A stretch of DNA of 64,000 nucleotides, taken from positions 1,664,001 through 1,728,000 of the forward strand of contig CP122380.1 in assembly GCA_024650005.2 (NCBI GenBank), in the 5' to 3' direction. The notes under the pieces were generated by a model. It was not told the origin of the DNA and ran no database searches. It saw only the letters and a list, made by a program, of their open reading frames with translations. Each line of letters starts with the position of its first letter. Within the stretch, counting starts at the first letter, position 1. Below are positions 41,212 to 50,680 of the stretch, piece by piece. The DNA comes from Candidatus Bathyarchaeum tardum (lineage in GTDB: Archaea; Thermoproteota; Bathyarchaeia; Bathyarchaeales; Bathyarchaeaceae). The translations under genes were made by a program, and so were the position numbers.

Positions 41212-41218
41212 TTTTCAA

Positions 41219-41785
41219 TCACCACGGAAGAAGGGGTTTAATTCTTTTAAAGAGGAACTTAGTTGTTACAAAAGCTGCAATTACAGTTGAAACTACGGCT
41301 ACTCCTATTGAAAACATCACCAAAGAAACAGGAGGATCAGGCACAAGCTGCAAGAATTTTATGAGGATATAATAGTGGGTTAAGCCGGTTACTAAACTGC
41401 CTGCAGTCATGGCAATTGTTACCTTGTAAGGAGAAGGATTATCGGAACCGTTGAAAGTTTTCATTCCACGCAACAGTAAGTCTGTTGTGATTCCACGCAT
41501 AAACCAAGAGATTAAAATAAAAAAACCCAAGGCCGAAGTGAAAGAGTAAATAAATCCTGCAATTAACGTGATGGATACCGCAGAGCCATACTTACCAAGT
41601 GCTAAAACACCCAACGTAAAAACAATAGCAAAAACTGCCTGCCCCGTATGGTGCATGTTACTAGAAAATTTGGATATAATCACCAACAAAACAGCAAAAG
41701 TTACAATCAAACAAAGCTGAGTTGTTTTATTATAACTATATATTGAATTGCCTCCATTCATTTTATCAACCACATGAATGGACAT
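41219..41785 (-). CDS. Multi-pass membrane protein, possible ECF S component
   Basis: About six TM segments; KYGSA...LIAG and GITTDL patterns; start ATG 41785 or 41761. Confidence 0.65.
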   Translation of the reverse strand: MSIHVVDKMNGGNSIYSYNKTTQLCLIVTFAVLLVIISKFSSNMHHTGQAVFAIVFTLGVLALGKYGSAVSITLIAGFIYSFTSALGFFILISWFMRGITTDLLLRGMKTFNGSDNPSPYKVTIAMTAGSLVTGLTHYYILIKFLQLVPDPPVSLVMFSIGVAVVSTVIAAFVTTKFLFKRIKPLLPW

Positions 41786-41786
41786 A

Positions 41787-41862
41787 ACGAAACTCGCAAA
41801 TAGTATAAAACAATTTTGCTAACTTAGAAAAAGTTATCATAAAAATTCACGAAATTCGCAAA
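41787..41862. promoter_or_regulatory. Repeated 14-bp motif flanking a minus-strand TATA box
   Basis: ACGAAACTCGCAAA (41787-41800) and ACGAAATTCGCAAA (41849-41862); TAACTT-N5-AAGTTA between them. Confidence 0.5.
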
Positions 41863-41980
41863 AAATAGGATGAAATTTACAGTAAAACCTGCAAAACACA
41901 ACCATAACCCCATATTATAAACGATTCCAAAAAGAAAACAAAGATTTTGAAGAAACTGCCTAAACTGCAAACGCTACAGG

Positions 41981-43036
41981 TTACTTGTACCAATCCAGAC
42001 TTTGTTCAATGTAAAGTATGAAACTATTAAAAAACTGTTTAATGTCATCTGTCAAACTGGTTTTGTTAAGCTCAGTTTTTGCAACTTGAGCATGTTCTCT
42101 TGAAATATGTTTTGCCATGTCGAGGGCTCCACTTTCGCGTATTATTTGTCTTGCTAGGTCTTTTTCTCCAAAACTAAGAAACTGTTTACCCATAAGACAC
42201 TTCAAACCCTCAGCGTGGGCAACATCTTTAGAATTTAAAGCCAATACCACATGCAAGGGCTTTTTGTTTTTAGAAATATCCAAACAGGAAGATTTACCGT
42301 ATTCTTCTTTTTCAGCAAAAGTATCGATGATATCATCTTGAATGTCAAAAGAAAAGCCCATGTGCGCTGCAGCTTCTGCCAAGATGCTGAAATCGGTTTC
42401 AGGAGCCTTTGCTAGTATAGCTCCAGTAACCAAAGTAACCTTGAACAAGGAAGCAGCCCGCTTACTTGCCATTACATTCCATTCTTCTTCAGTTACGGCT
42501 TTTTGTTCAAACAATAAATCAAGAATCTGACTCTCATTAACTGCGCGATAACCCTCTGAAGTCAAACAAAGTACACGGTTGGTTGATTCTTCGCTGAAGT
42601 TTGACTCCATTATCGCCCGCACAGCCAAAGCATAAGCAATGTTCGCAGCAAAAACTGCCGTGTCTTCCCCAAAGCGCACATCATACGGAGCGTAACGGTT
42701 AGTAAACCCAATATGCAGGGTTTCCCGCCCTCGCCTTTGCTCGTCCATGTCCACGAGATCGTCATGAATCAAAATCGCATGACGATAAAGCTCGACCCCC
42801 ACGCAAACTTTCAAGATTTTTTCGTCAACTTCGCCGGTGTAACCCTTGTAAACCAACAAAGTACTACAAGAAGCCAACCGCTTGCCCTTACGCAAAACAA
42901 AATCCGCAATATCCCGATATACTTCACCAACAAAAGGATGATACTCTGTTGCCTCTTTGATTGCCTCATTAAGAAAGGCCTTGAGACGGTCTTCGATAGC
43001 TGCGCCGTAGTGGTCTAGTGTTTCTTCCCAATTCAT
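41981..43036 (-). CDS. Polyprenyl diphosphate synthase (trans-IDS)
   Basis: GKRL, HDDLVDMD..RRG, Q.LD, QDDIID. Confidence 0.92.
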   Translation of the reverse strand: MNWEETLDHYGAAIEDRLKAFLNEAIKEATEYHPFVGEVYRDIADFVLRKGKRLASCSTLLVYKGYTGEVDEKILKVCVGVELYRHAILIHDDLVDMDEQRRGRETLHIGFTNRYAPYDVRFGEDTAVFAANIAYALAVRAIMESNFSEESTNRVLCLTSEGYRAVNESQILDLLFEQKAVTEEEWNVMASKRAASLFKVTLVTGAILAKAPETDFSILAEAAAHMGFSFDIQDDIIDTFAEKEEYGKSSCLDISKNKKPLHVVLALNSKDVAHAEGLKCLMGKQFLSFGEKDLARQIIRESGALDMAKHISREHAQVAKTELNKTSLTDDIKQFFNSFILYIEQSLDWYK

Positions 43037-43049
43037 CTAAAACAACTCG

Positions 43050-43727
43050 CTAAGATTGAACACCCGTTTTCTTGTTGTGGCGTTTGTGCAGTTCCTCAAA
43101 AATACTGTTCAAACTGTAACCGTTCTGAGCTAAAACCACTAACATATGGAAAAACACATCCGCTGATTCCAGAGTAACCTCGTTTGCGTCTCCAGATTTT
43201 ACTGCTAAAATGAATTCTATTGCTTCTTCTCCGACTTTTTGCAGGGCTTTGTCTTGACCTTTAAAAGTCAAACGAGAAACATAGGAATCTTCACTAGGGT
43301 TACGGATACGCTCCTGAACTATCGCAAAGAGACGTTCGAGCATCCTTGAATCAACTGCAGTAAATTCCTTTTCTGGTTTTATTGGTCTGTAGAAACAGGT
43401 TTCCTCACCCGTGTGACAAACTACCCCAACTTGTTGAACCTTGAATAATATGGCGTCGTTGTCACAATCCAAAAACGCGTTTTCAACTATCGAGTAGTGT
43501 TTAGATTCTTCCCCTTTCATCCAAATTCTGCCTTTTGTTCGGCTCCAGTAATGCATCTTTCCTGAAGTCAACGTTAACCGCAGGGCTTCTTTGTTCATGA
43601 AGGCTTGCATCAACAAACGATCATCAGATGCATCCTGAACTATAGCAGGAACAAGCCCGTTTCCTTTCTCAAAATCTATTTTATCAATAAACGCGTTGAT
43701 TTTGTCTTCAGTTAGCTTTAGCACCAT
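43050..43727 (-). CDS. hisIE: Bifunctional phosphoribosyl-AMP cyclohydrolase / phosphoribosyl-ATP pyrophosphatase
   Basis: YWSR..W.KGE.S, DCDND, CHTG..TCF; KVGEEA.E, E.AD..FH. Confidence 0.95.
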   Translation of the reverse strand: MVLKLTEDKINAFIDKIDFEKGNGLVPAIVQDASDDRLLMQAFMNKEALRLTLTSGKMHYWSRTKGRIWMKGEESKHYSIVENAFLDCDNDAILFKVQQVGVVCHTGEETCFYRPIKPEKEFTAVDSRMLERLFAIVQERIRNPSEDSYVSRLTFKGQDKALQKVGEEAIEFILAVKSGDANEVTLESADVFFHMLVVLAQNGYSLNSIFEELHKRHNKKTGVQS

Positions 43728-43745
43728 TTTTTTGTTCACCTCAAA

Positions 43746-44555
43746 TTACAATAAACGCATGGGCACTCCTTTTTCAGCAAGGTAATTCTTAACGTCTCCC
43801 ACACTGTACTGACCCCTATGAAAAATCGAGGCCGCCAACGCAGCATCCGCTTCACCCACTGTCAAAACATCAAGAATGTGTTCAACATTACCTGCACCTC
43901 CACTGGCAATCACAGGCAAATTAGTTGCCCGACTCATGGCACGGGTTAATTCAAGATCGTAACCTGTTTGCACCCCGTCACAGTCCATACTAGTAGGCAA
44001 AAGCTCTCCTGCCCCCAAATCTTTGACCTGTTTCGCCCATTTAATGGCATCAATTCCCGTGGGTTTTCGTCCTCCCATCAAATAGATTTCCCACCAGCAT
44101 TTGCCGTTTGCAGTGTCTACAACAGTTTTGTCAGGCACATCACAGTCCACGTAAACTCGTTTTGCGTCAATGGCGACTACAATGCATTGGCTGCCAAAAA
44201 TGGAAGCAGACTCTTCAACCAAACATGGATTATTAACTGCTGCAGTATTCACAGAGACCTTGTCGGCTCCACTGGATAAGGCATTTTGAATATCAGCAAT
44301 GTTACGAATTCCCCCACCTACAGTAAAAGGAATAGAAATCATGTCCGCAGTCCGTTTAACTACTTCCAAGGTGGTGTCCCGATTCTCATGAGACGCAGTA
44401 ATGTCCAAAAAAACTACTTCATCGGCTCCTTGTTCTTCGTAAGCTGCAGCAAGCTCAGCAGGGTCGCCTTCAACTTTCAAGTTAACAAACTGAACACCTT
44501 TGACTACTTGTCCGTTCATAACATCCAAACACGGAACAATACGTTTAGCTAACAA
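43746..44555 (-). CDS. hisF: Imidazole glycerol phosphate synthase cyclase subunit
   Basis: [35 protein letters not shown]. Confidence 0.97.
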   Translation of the reverse strand: MLAKRIVPCLDVMNGQVVKGVQFVNLKVEGDPAELAAAYEEQGADEVVFLDITASHENRDTTLEVVKRTADMISIPFTVGGGIRNIADIQNALSSGADKVSVNTAAVNNPCLVEESASIFGSQCIVVAIDAKRVYVDCDVPDKTVVDTANGKCWWEIYLMGGRKPTGIDAIKWAKQVKDLGAGELLPTSMDCDGVQTGYDLELTRAMSRATNLPVIASGGAGNVEHILDVLTVGEADAALAASIFHRGQYSVGDVKNYLAEKGVPMRLL

Positions 44556-45268
44556 TTTTTCAATGCCTCCAAAGCCTCTTTAACAGTAAATTTTTTCTCA
44601 TAAATAGCAGTTCCAACAATAACTCCCCACACTCCGGACTTATATAAATCAACCAAATCATTTAACTTGGCAACTCCACCAGAAGCAACAACAGGAACAG
44701 AAACTGAATTCATCAATTCTACAGTTTTTTTGATTCGTGGACCCTCAAGGGTACCATCCACACTAATGGGAGTAAAAATCAACGCTCCAACATTCATCGC
44801 ATCAAACAATCTGGCAAGCTTTAAACACTCCATTTCAGACTTGTTTTTCCAGCCATGAACTGCAACCTTACCGTCTTTTTCATCGATAGCCACAGCGACA
44901 TGCTCTGAACCAAAACGAGAAATAGCCTCCTTCACCAAGGAGGGGTCATTAACTGCTACAGTTCCAAAAATAACCCGGTAAGCTCCCAACGTAAGCAACT
45001 CTTCAGCCTTTTCTAAACTACGAATTCCGCCCCCAACTTCTGCTTTTACGTTTATATTTTCTAGAATTCGATTAATTGCAGAAACGTTATCTCCGGAACC
45101 TAAAGCTGCATCCAAATCAACCAAATGAATCAGTTCTGCTCCGTCACGTTCCAGAATCTGAGCTGCTTGCAAAGGGTCCTCGTAATATACTTTATTTTTT
45201 GCAGGATCGCCTCGAAAAAGTCGGACACATTTTCCGCCCATTATGTCTACCGCAGGAATAACTATCAA
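44549..45268 (-). CDS. hisA: ProFAR isomerase
   Basis: IPAVDI.GGKCVRL..G, HLVDLD, VGGGIR, DGTL.GP, ASGGV. Confidence 0.96.
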   Translation of the reverse strand: MIVIPAVDIMGGKCVRLFRGDPAKNKVYYEDPLQAAQILERDGAELIHLVDLDAALGSGDNVSAINRILENINVKAEVGGGIRSLEKAEELLTLGAYRVIFGTVAVNDPSLVKEAISRFGSEHVAVAIDEKDGKVAVHGWKNKSEMECLKLARLFDAMNVGALIFTPISVDGTLEGPRIKKTVELMNSVSVPVVASGGVAKLNDLVDLYKSGVWGVIVGTAIYEKKFTVKEALEALKNC

Positions 45269-45273
45269 GTTGG

Positions 45274-45882
45274 TTACCTCTTTACTAGATTTACAAAATT
45301 TTTCAGCATAATTAAGCCTGTTTTGCTGCTTTTTTCAGGGTGAAACTGGGTTGCAAACAAGTTTTTTTGAGCAACCATGGACGCAAACTTCACTCCATAA
45401 TCTGTGGTGGTCACCACAACGTCCAATTCAGCAGGCTTAGGATAAAAAGAGTGAACAAAATACACGTAAGATTCGTCCTTTACGCCGTCAAGTAACGGGT
45501 GAGGCTTTTGAATATTTATGGTGTTCCAGCCCATCTGAGGCGTTTTTACTGTGTTGGGTAATTTGATTACTTCACCCGAAATGAAATCCAATCCCTTAAT
45601 TGAGCCCCCTTCATGGCTACGGGTGAAAAGAAGCTGTAATCCTAAGCAAATTCCAAAAATTGGGGTGCCGTTGTTCATGGTTTCTGCTACTACATCAGCT
45701 ATGTGAGCCATGTTTTTAACTGCTGGAGTAAAGGCTCCAACACCTGGAAGAACAATAGCGTCAGCGTTACGCAAAGCATTAGAATTGTGGGTAATTTGGA
45801 CTTGAGCCCCTGATTTTTCTAAGCCTTTAGTGATGCTTCGCAGGTTTCCTACGCCATAATTCACGACTGCTATTTGCGGAAT
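45274..45882 (-). CDS. hisH: IGP synthase glutamine amidotransferase subunit; probable ATT start
   Basis: YGVGNL, LPGVG.F, GICLG.Q, YFVHS, QFHPEKS. Confidence 0.95.
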   Translation of the reverse strand: MPQIAVVNYGVGNLRSITKGLEKSGAQVQITHNSNALRNADAIVLPGVGAFTPAVKNMAHIADVVAETMNNGTPIFGICLGLQLLFTRSHEGGSIKGLDFISGEVIKLPNTVKTPQMGWNTINIQKPHPLLDGVKDESYVYFVHSFYPKPAELDVVVTTTDYGVKFASMVAQKNLFATQFHPEKSSKTGLIMLKNFVNLVKR

Positions 45883-45883
45883 G

Positions 45884-46462
45884 TCACAAAACCCCCTTGG
45901 CGCTGGGAACTTGGTCGCCGATTCTTGGTTCAACCGTGAAAGCTTCACGCAAGGCGAGAGCCAGAGCTTTCATTGCGGCTTCTACTTTGTGGTGTTCGTT
46001 ACTGCCATACAAGACTGTCACGTGAATGTTAGCTTTGGCAGCCTGAGCAAGGGATTCAAAAAAGTGTTCCATGTCTTCTGTTTTTAGGTCTTCAATCTGG
46101 GACTGTAAAAGGCGCAGGTTACGAATGCAGTAGGGTCTGCCAGCTAAGTCAACTGTAGCACGGGCAAGGGATTCATCCATGGGAACATAAGCTGAGCCGA
46201 AGCGTTTGATGCCTTTGCCTTGGTTTGTGGCTTTGTTTAGGGCTTCTCCTAAAACGAGGGCAACATCTTCTGCCACGTGATGGGTCAAGTCCCCTGTTGC
46301 GTTTATTTGTAAATCGAAAAGCCCGTGCTTTGCTAAGGTAAGGAGCATATGGTCAAGGAATTTGATGCCTGTTTTTATTTTGGCGTTTCCTTTTCCGTCA
46401 ACGTTCAGTTCTAGGGTTATGTCTACTTCTTTGGTTTTTCTTTTGGCGTGTACTTTTCTCAT
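45884..46462 (-). CDS. hisB: Imidazoleglycerol-phosphate dehydratase
   Basis: FLDHML, HHVAED, PMDE, NEHHKVEA; ATG overlaps upstream TGA. Confidence 0.96.
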   Translation of the reverse strand: MRKVHAKRKTKEVDITLELNVDGKGNAKIKTGIKFLDHMLLTLAKHGLFDLQINATGDLTHHVAEDVALVLGEALNKATNQGKGIKRFGSAYVPMDESLARATVDLAGRPYCIRNLRLLQSQIEDLKTEDMEHFFESLAQAAKANIHVTVLYGSNEHHKVEAAMKALALALREAFTVEPRIGDQVPSAKGVL

Positions 46463-47658
46463 TTTGATTTTCCCCTTAAACATGCAAACAAATATGGAAT
46501 ATCATTCACGTCAGTTAATACTGCGTCAGCTCCATGCTTACTGTATTCAGTAAAAAGCTTATTTGAATCCTCTGATGAAGAAATAACCCCCAAAAACAAC
46601 AACCCATCCATACCTTTCCCTTTAGCATTCTCTACCAACATGGCGTCAGCGATTCCGTCTCCTACGTAGACTACTTTAGAGTCTTTTTTTACGCTTTTTT
46701 GAAGTAACTCAATAAACAAAGTGGGGTCAGGTTTGCCCAGCTTATTCATTTCGTCTTCAGATTTGAGCATGTCTCCCAGAAATACAAACTCTGATTTTTC
46801 AAAGTAGTTCATGTAACCGTATTTTTCTAAAACATACAAACCTTGAGGTCGAGGGCGACCCGAGTATATTCCAAATTTGCCGAACTTTTGTTTTAGTTTG
46901 CCCAAGGTTTCTTTAGATGGAATAAAAGCTTCCATGTCCATGAAACTGGAATTAAATTTGAAAAAAGAAGGTTTCCCATAGATTTTTGTGTACATGTCTT
47001 TGCCCAGATAAAGTTCTTCAAACAATCCCTTCAACAGGTCAGGTTTTTCAAGGTCATACGGAACTAACAACTGAACTAGGCGTTCTTTATTTTGTACTAC
47101 TTCAGGGTCTACCCCTAAAAGCGAGGCTTCAATAGGTTTTTGTTTGTCAAGGCTCGAATGAGCCAAAAACAGGTCCAGCCCCACAATACTGTCGTCTTTA
47201 AGGACAGAAAGTTCAGTTCCAGTGATTCCACATTTTACGAGAAAAGTTCCAACTTTTTTTAGGCTTTGAATAAAGCTTTCAATATCAGAAAACCTGAGGT
47301 CTCCAAAGGTGTCAACAAATTCTTGCAGCTTGTTTTGTTGGTCAAGTTTTCGCAAAATCAATTTCACGTAATAACTGGTTAAAGCATAAGATAACTTCCA
47401 GTCGTTGTTGTAAAGACCAGTGTCTTTGAATTTTTGGATATCAATTAACGTTGCCAGTTTGCCTTTTTCGCCTTCTAGTCCAAGGATTTCCAGAAAATAG
47501 TAGTCTACAAGGTTTCGGATTGTCTGGAGATAAGACTGATTAGTTTGAGCCAAAACCCCATCAAAATCAAAGATTATTTTTTCAGCTTCGCACAAAGAGT
47601 CTTCGGAGCCTTCTCGCACATAGATTTTGTTGTGGGGGTTCAGTAACTTGTATGACAA
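46459..47658 (-). CDS. HAD-superfamily phosphatase in the his operon, candidate histidinol-phosphate phosphatase
   Basis: DFDGV motif I, SGRP, KPDP, VGD..AD; between hisC and hisB. Confidence 0.85.
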   Translation of the reverse strand: MSYKLLNPHNKIYVREGSEDSLCEAEKIIFDFDGVLAQTNQSYLQTIRNLVDYYFLEILGLEGEKGKLATLIDIQKFKDTGLYNNDWKLSYALTSYYVKLILRKLDQQNKLQEFVDTFGDLRFSDIESFIQSLKKVGTFLVKCGITGTELSVLKDDSIVGLDLFLAHSSLDKQKPIEASLLGVDPEVVQNKERLVQLLVPYDLEKPDLLKGLFEELYLGKDMYTKIYGKPSFFKFNSSFMDMEAFIPSKETLGKLKQKFGKFGIYSGRPRPQGLYVLEKYGYMNYFEKSEFVFLGDMLKSEDEMNKLGKPDPTLFIELLQKSVKKDSKVVYVGDGIADAMLVENAKGKGMDGLLFLGVISSSEDSNKLFTEYSKHGADAVLTDVNDIPYLFACLRGKSK

Positions 47659-47664
47659 ATTAGG

Positions 47665-48756
47665 TTACTCCTCCAAGGACAGTTTAAGGGCTGAAACAAA
47701 CTTTTGGTTCATGTCACGGGTTCCCACAGTAACTCGTATGCAGTTGTCTAAAAGGGGCAAGTGCCCGCGATCCTTCACCAGCACGTTTTTGTTTTCAATT
47801 CTTTTAGTTAAAGTTTCTGAACTTAGTTTATCCTCTTTTACTTTGAACAAGATGAAGTTGGCATCAGACGGATACGGAGTTAGGCCGTCAATTTGTTGCA
47901 GGTTTTTCATCAGCCATTCCCGTTCTTTGATTACTAAGTCAAGTTTTTCTTTAAAGTAACTCCAGTTTTGCAAAGCCAACCTGATAGTTTCTTGGGTAAC
48001 TGAATTCACGTTAAAAGGACCAACTACTCGTTGAACGTATTTTACGATGTGTTTGCTTGCTGCAAGATAGCCCAGACGAAGACCCGCCAAACCAAAGGCT
48101 TTTGAAAAACTCCGTAATATTGCAAGGTTATCGTATTCTTGTATCCAGTCGATGGCTGTACCGGAAGCGAAATCAACGTATGCTTCGTCAACTACAACGA
48201 TGCCTTTGAATTCTTCCAACAAACATTTAATGTCTGTTTCTTTAAACTGGTTTCCAGTGGGGTTATTCGGGGAACAAACAAAAAGCAAACGGGTTTCTTT
48301 GTCTGCTTTTTTCAAGATAGAATCAACGTTCAAACTAAAATCTGAGTTGAGCAGGGTAGTTACTTTTTTGCCACCATACAATTCAGCAAAAAAAGTATAC
48401 ATCGGAAAAGTTGGTTCGGCAACCATGATTTTTGAGCCTTTGCGTATGAAAACTTTCATGAGCAAATCCATGATTTCATCTGCACCATTTGCCACTGCAA
48501 CCTGAGATGACTCTAAACCCAAAAATTCTGAAATTGCATTAACAGCTAAGCAGCCTCGAGGTGGAGGATAAGCCCGAACATCAACAGTATTTGAAGCATC
48601 AAGCAACAGTTTTTGAACAAAATCCCCAGGCATAGCAAAGTTTTCGTTCAAATTTAGTTTCACTAGGTTCTCGTCAGATTTTTGTCCAGTTATTGTTTTG
48701 ACTTCATAGCATGAAATGTCAAGAACCTCTTTTTGAACCAGTTTTTTTATTTTCAT
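47665..48756 (-). CDS. hisC: Histidinol-phosphate aminotransferase
   Basis: LN.NEN, NGADE, PNNPTG, DEAY, RSFSKAFGLAGLRLGY. Confidence 0.96.
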   Translation of the reverse strand: MKIKKLVQKEVLDISCYEVKTITGQKSDENLVKLNLNENFAMPGDFVQKLLLDASNTVDVRAYPPPRGCLAVNAISEFLGLESSQVAVANGADEIMDLLMKVFIRKGSKIMVAEPTFPMYTFFAELYGGKKVTTLLNSDFSLNVDSILKKADKETRLLFVCSPNNPTGNQFKETDIKCLLEEFKGIVVVDEAYVDFASGTAIDWIQEYDNLAILRSFSKAFGLAGLRLGYLAASKHIVKYVQRVVGPFNVNSVTQETIRLALQNWSYFKEKLDLVIKEREWLMKNLQQIDGLTPYPSDANFILFKVKEDKLSSETLTKRIENKNVLVKDRGHLPLLDNCIRVTVGTRDMNQKFVSALKLSLEE

Positions 48757-50045
48757 TTGTCATTCTCCTCTCGTATTGAAACAGCTTTTGCGTGGGCATC
48801 AAAGCCTTCCATTTCAGCGATAATAACTGCAGTGTCTTTGAGGCTGTTGAAACCTTCTTTGGTGCACTCTAAGAAATTCATGGTTTTAACAAAATCTAAA
48901 CTGGAAAGACCAGAATAGATTTTTGCATAACCCGCAGTAGGCAAAACATGATTTAGCCCTGATGAGTAATCGCCAAAAGACACTGGTGAATATCTGCCCA
49001 AAAACACAGCCCCGGCATTTCGAATTTTATTAAACACTTCGTTCGGATCCTTGGTTTGAATTTGCAGGTGCTCAGGTGCAATCAGGTTTGACAGCTCTAT
49101 TGCTTCCAGGATGTCTTTGGTTGTTATTATCAGACCTTTTTGCAGGGATGATTCAATGATTTGTGTTCTGGAAAGAGATTTCAACTGTATAGCGATCTGT
49201 TTTTTGACTTCTGAAGCTATGTTTTTAGAACAAGTTACCAGAATTGCCCACGCTTGAGGGTCATGTTCAGCCTGAGCAAGAAGATCAGCAGCAACATACG
49301 CAGGGTTGGCGGTCTCATCTGCGATTACCAGAACTTCACTGGGACCTGCAGGGACATCGATGGCAACGTCTCGGCTTACTTCCAGTTTTGCAGCAGTTAC
49401 GTAAACGTTTCCTGGACCTACAATTTTCTCTACCGCTTCCATTGAAGTTGTGCCGTATGCCATGGCAGCTATTGCTTGAGCGCCTCCGACGCGGTAAACT
49501 TCATCTACGCCTGCAATATCTGCTGCTACTAAAAGCGCAGGACTAATGTCTTGTCCTTGTCGAGGAGGCGAACAAACGATTACGCGGTCAACTCCAGCAA
49601 CTTTAGCAGGAATTGCACTCATTAGAACCGAAGAAGGGTAAGCGGCTTTTCCTCCGGGAGCATAAACTCCCACACAGGATAAAGGTCGCATGACTTGTCC
49701 CAGGGTGACACCTTCTGTTGTTTGCATGGTCCATTTGGCTCGGATTTGTTTTTTGTGAAAAATTGCAATGTTATCTGCCGCAGCCTGTAAGGCACCTATT
49801 TGTTTTTGGTCTAATTTTTCGTATGCTTGTTTGATTTCAGTTTCTGAAACCCTCAGAGTAGAGGGCGTGAGACTTACTTTGTCAAACTTTTTAGTATATT
49901 CAACAAGAGCAGCGTCGTCGTTTTCTTTAACGTTATCAATAATTTGGTGCACAGTTGAAACAATAGATGATAAATCGGATTTTCCTCGGTTCAAGAACTT
50001 TTCAAGTTCAGTTTTTTTGAATTCGTCAGAGGCAATAACTTTCAT
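48753..50045 (-). CDS. hisD: Histidinol dehydrogenase
   Basis: PGG.A.YPSSVLM, GGAQAIAA.AYG, GPSE, QAEHD, PEHL, NHVLPT; AAGGAG SD before ATG 50045. Confidence 0.97.
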   Translation of the reverse strand: MKVIASDEFKKTELEKFLNRGKSDLSSIVSTVHQIIDNVKENDDAALVEYTKKFDKVSLTPSTLRVSETEIKQAYEKLDQKQIGALQAAADNIAIFHKKQIRAKWTMQTTEGVTLGQVMRPLSCVGVYAPGGKAAYPSSVLMSAIPAKVAGVDRVIVCSPPRQGQDISPALLVAADIAGVDEVYRVGGAQAIAAMAYGTTSMEAVEKIVGPGNVYVTAAKLEVSRDVAIDVPAGPSEVLVIADETANPAYVAADLLAQAEHDPQAWAILVTCSKNIASEVKKQIAIQLKSLSRTQIIESSLQKGLIITTKDILEAIELSNLIAPEHLQIQTKDPNEVFNKIRNAGAVFLGRYSPVSFGDYSSGLNHVLPTAGYAKIYSGLSSLDFVKTMNFLECTKEGFNSLKDTAVIIAEMEGFDAHAKAVSIREENDK

Positions 50046-50046
50046 T

Positions 50047-50679
50047 TTACATGTCTCCTTGCAGTTTAGACAACAGTTCAGTGATTTCTTTTTCAAAGGT
50101 TCGGTACGCGATTTTGTTACAAGCAAGCCGAGTGGTTGAATCCAAAACGTTTCCAGTTATTCTGAGCTTGTTTTTCCGTAAGGTTTCTCCGCTAGATGTT
50201 AGGTCAACTATCATCTGAGCTAAACCTAGTTTCGGAGCGAGTTCTGCTGTTCCACTTACTTCTAAAACTTCAACTTGTTTTCCCATTTTTTCAAAGTATT
50301 TTCGGGTGATAGTTGGAAACTCTGTTGCCACTCGAGTCAGTGGCGGAATCTCGTTAACTGAAGTGATTGGAGATTTTTCTGGAACCGCAACAACCAAAGT
50401 TGCTTTCCCAAAGCCTAAGTCCAACAATTCAAGAACGTCAGCTTCTCGCTCTACAATTAGGTCGTGACCAGTAATTCCTAGGTCTACTGCCCCATAGTTT
50501 ACGTAAACTGGGATGTCGTTTGCTCGGGCAAAAATTGCTTCATATCGAGGGTCAGAGGTTTTCGAAACATAGGTTCGTTCTTCTTCCAGTACGGTTATTC
50601 CTGCTTGGGCTAGTGCATCCAAGGAAGGAGGTTTGATTCGTCCTTTGTTGGGGATTGCGATTCGGATTTTCTTTTTCAT
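50047..50679 (-). CDS. hisG: ATP phosphoribosyltransferase, short form
   Basis: AIPNKGR, DIP.YV..G..DLGITG.D, VAT, GTAELAP, G.TL..N; no C-terminal regulatory domain. Confidence 0.96.
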   Translation of the reverse strand: MKKKIRIAIPNKGRIKPPSLDALAQAGITVLEEERTYVSKTSDPRYEAIFARANDIPVYVNYGAVDLGITGHDLIVEREADVLELLDLGFGKATLVVAVPEKSPITSVNEIPPLTRVATEFPTITRKYFEKMGKQVEVLEVSGTAELAPKLGLAQMIVDLTSSGETLRKNKLRITGNVLDSTTRLACNKIAYRTFEKEITELLSKLQGDM

Positions 50680-50680
50680 G

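Noticed and set aside
45883-45948. ORF-track N-terminal extension of hisH (similarly hisD, hisG, hisB, ilvN and AbrB-ACT)
   Set aside because: The extensions overlap upstream genes, lack homology and ignore better SD-linked starts.
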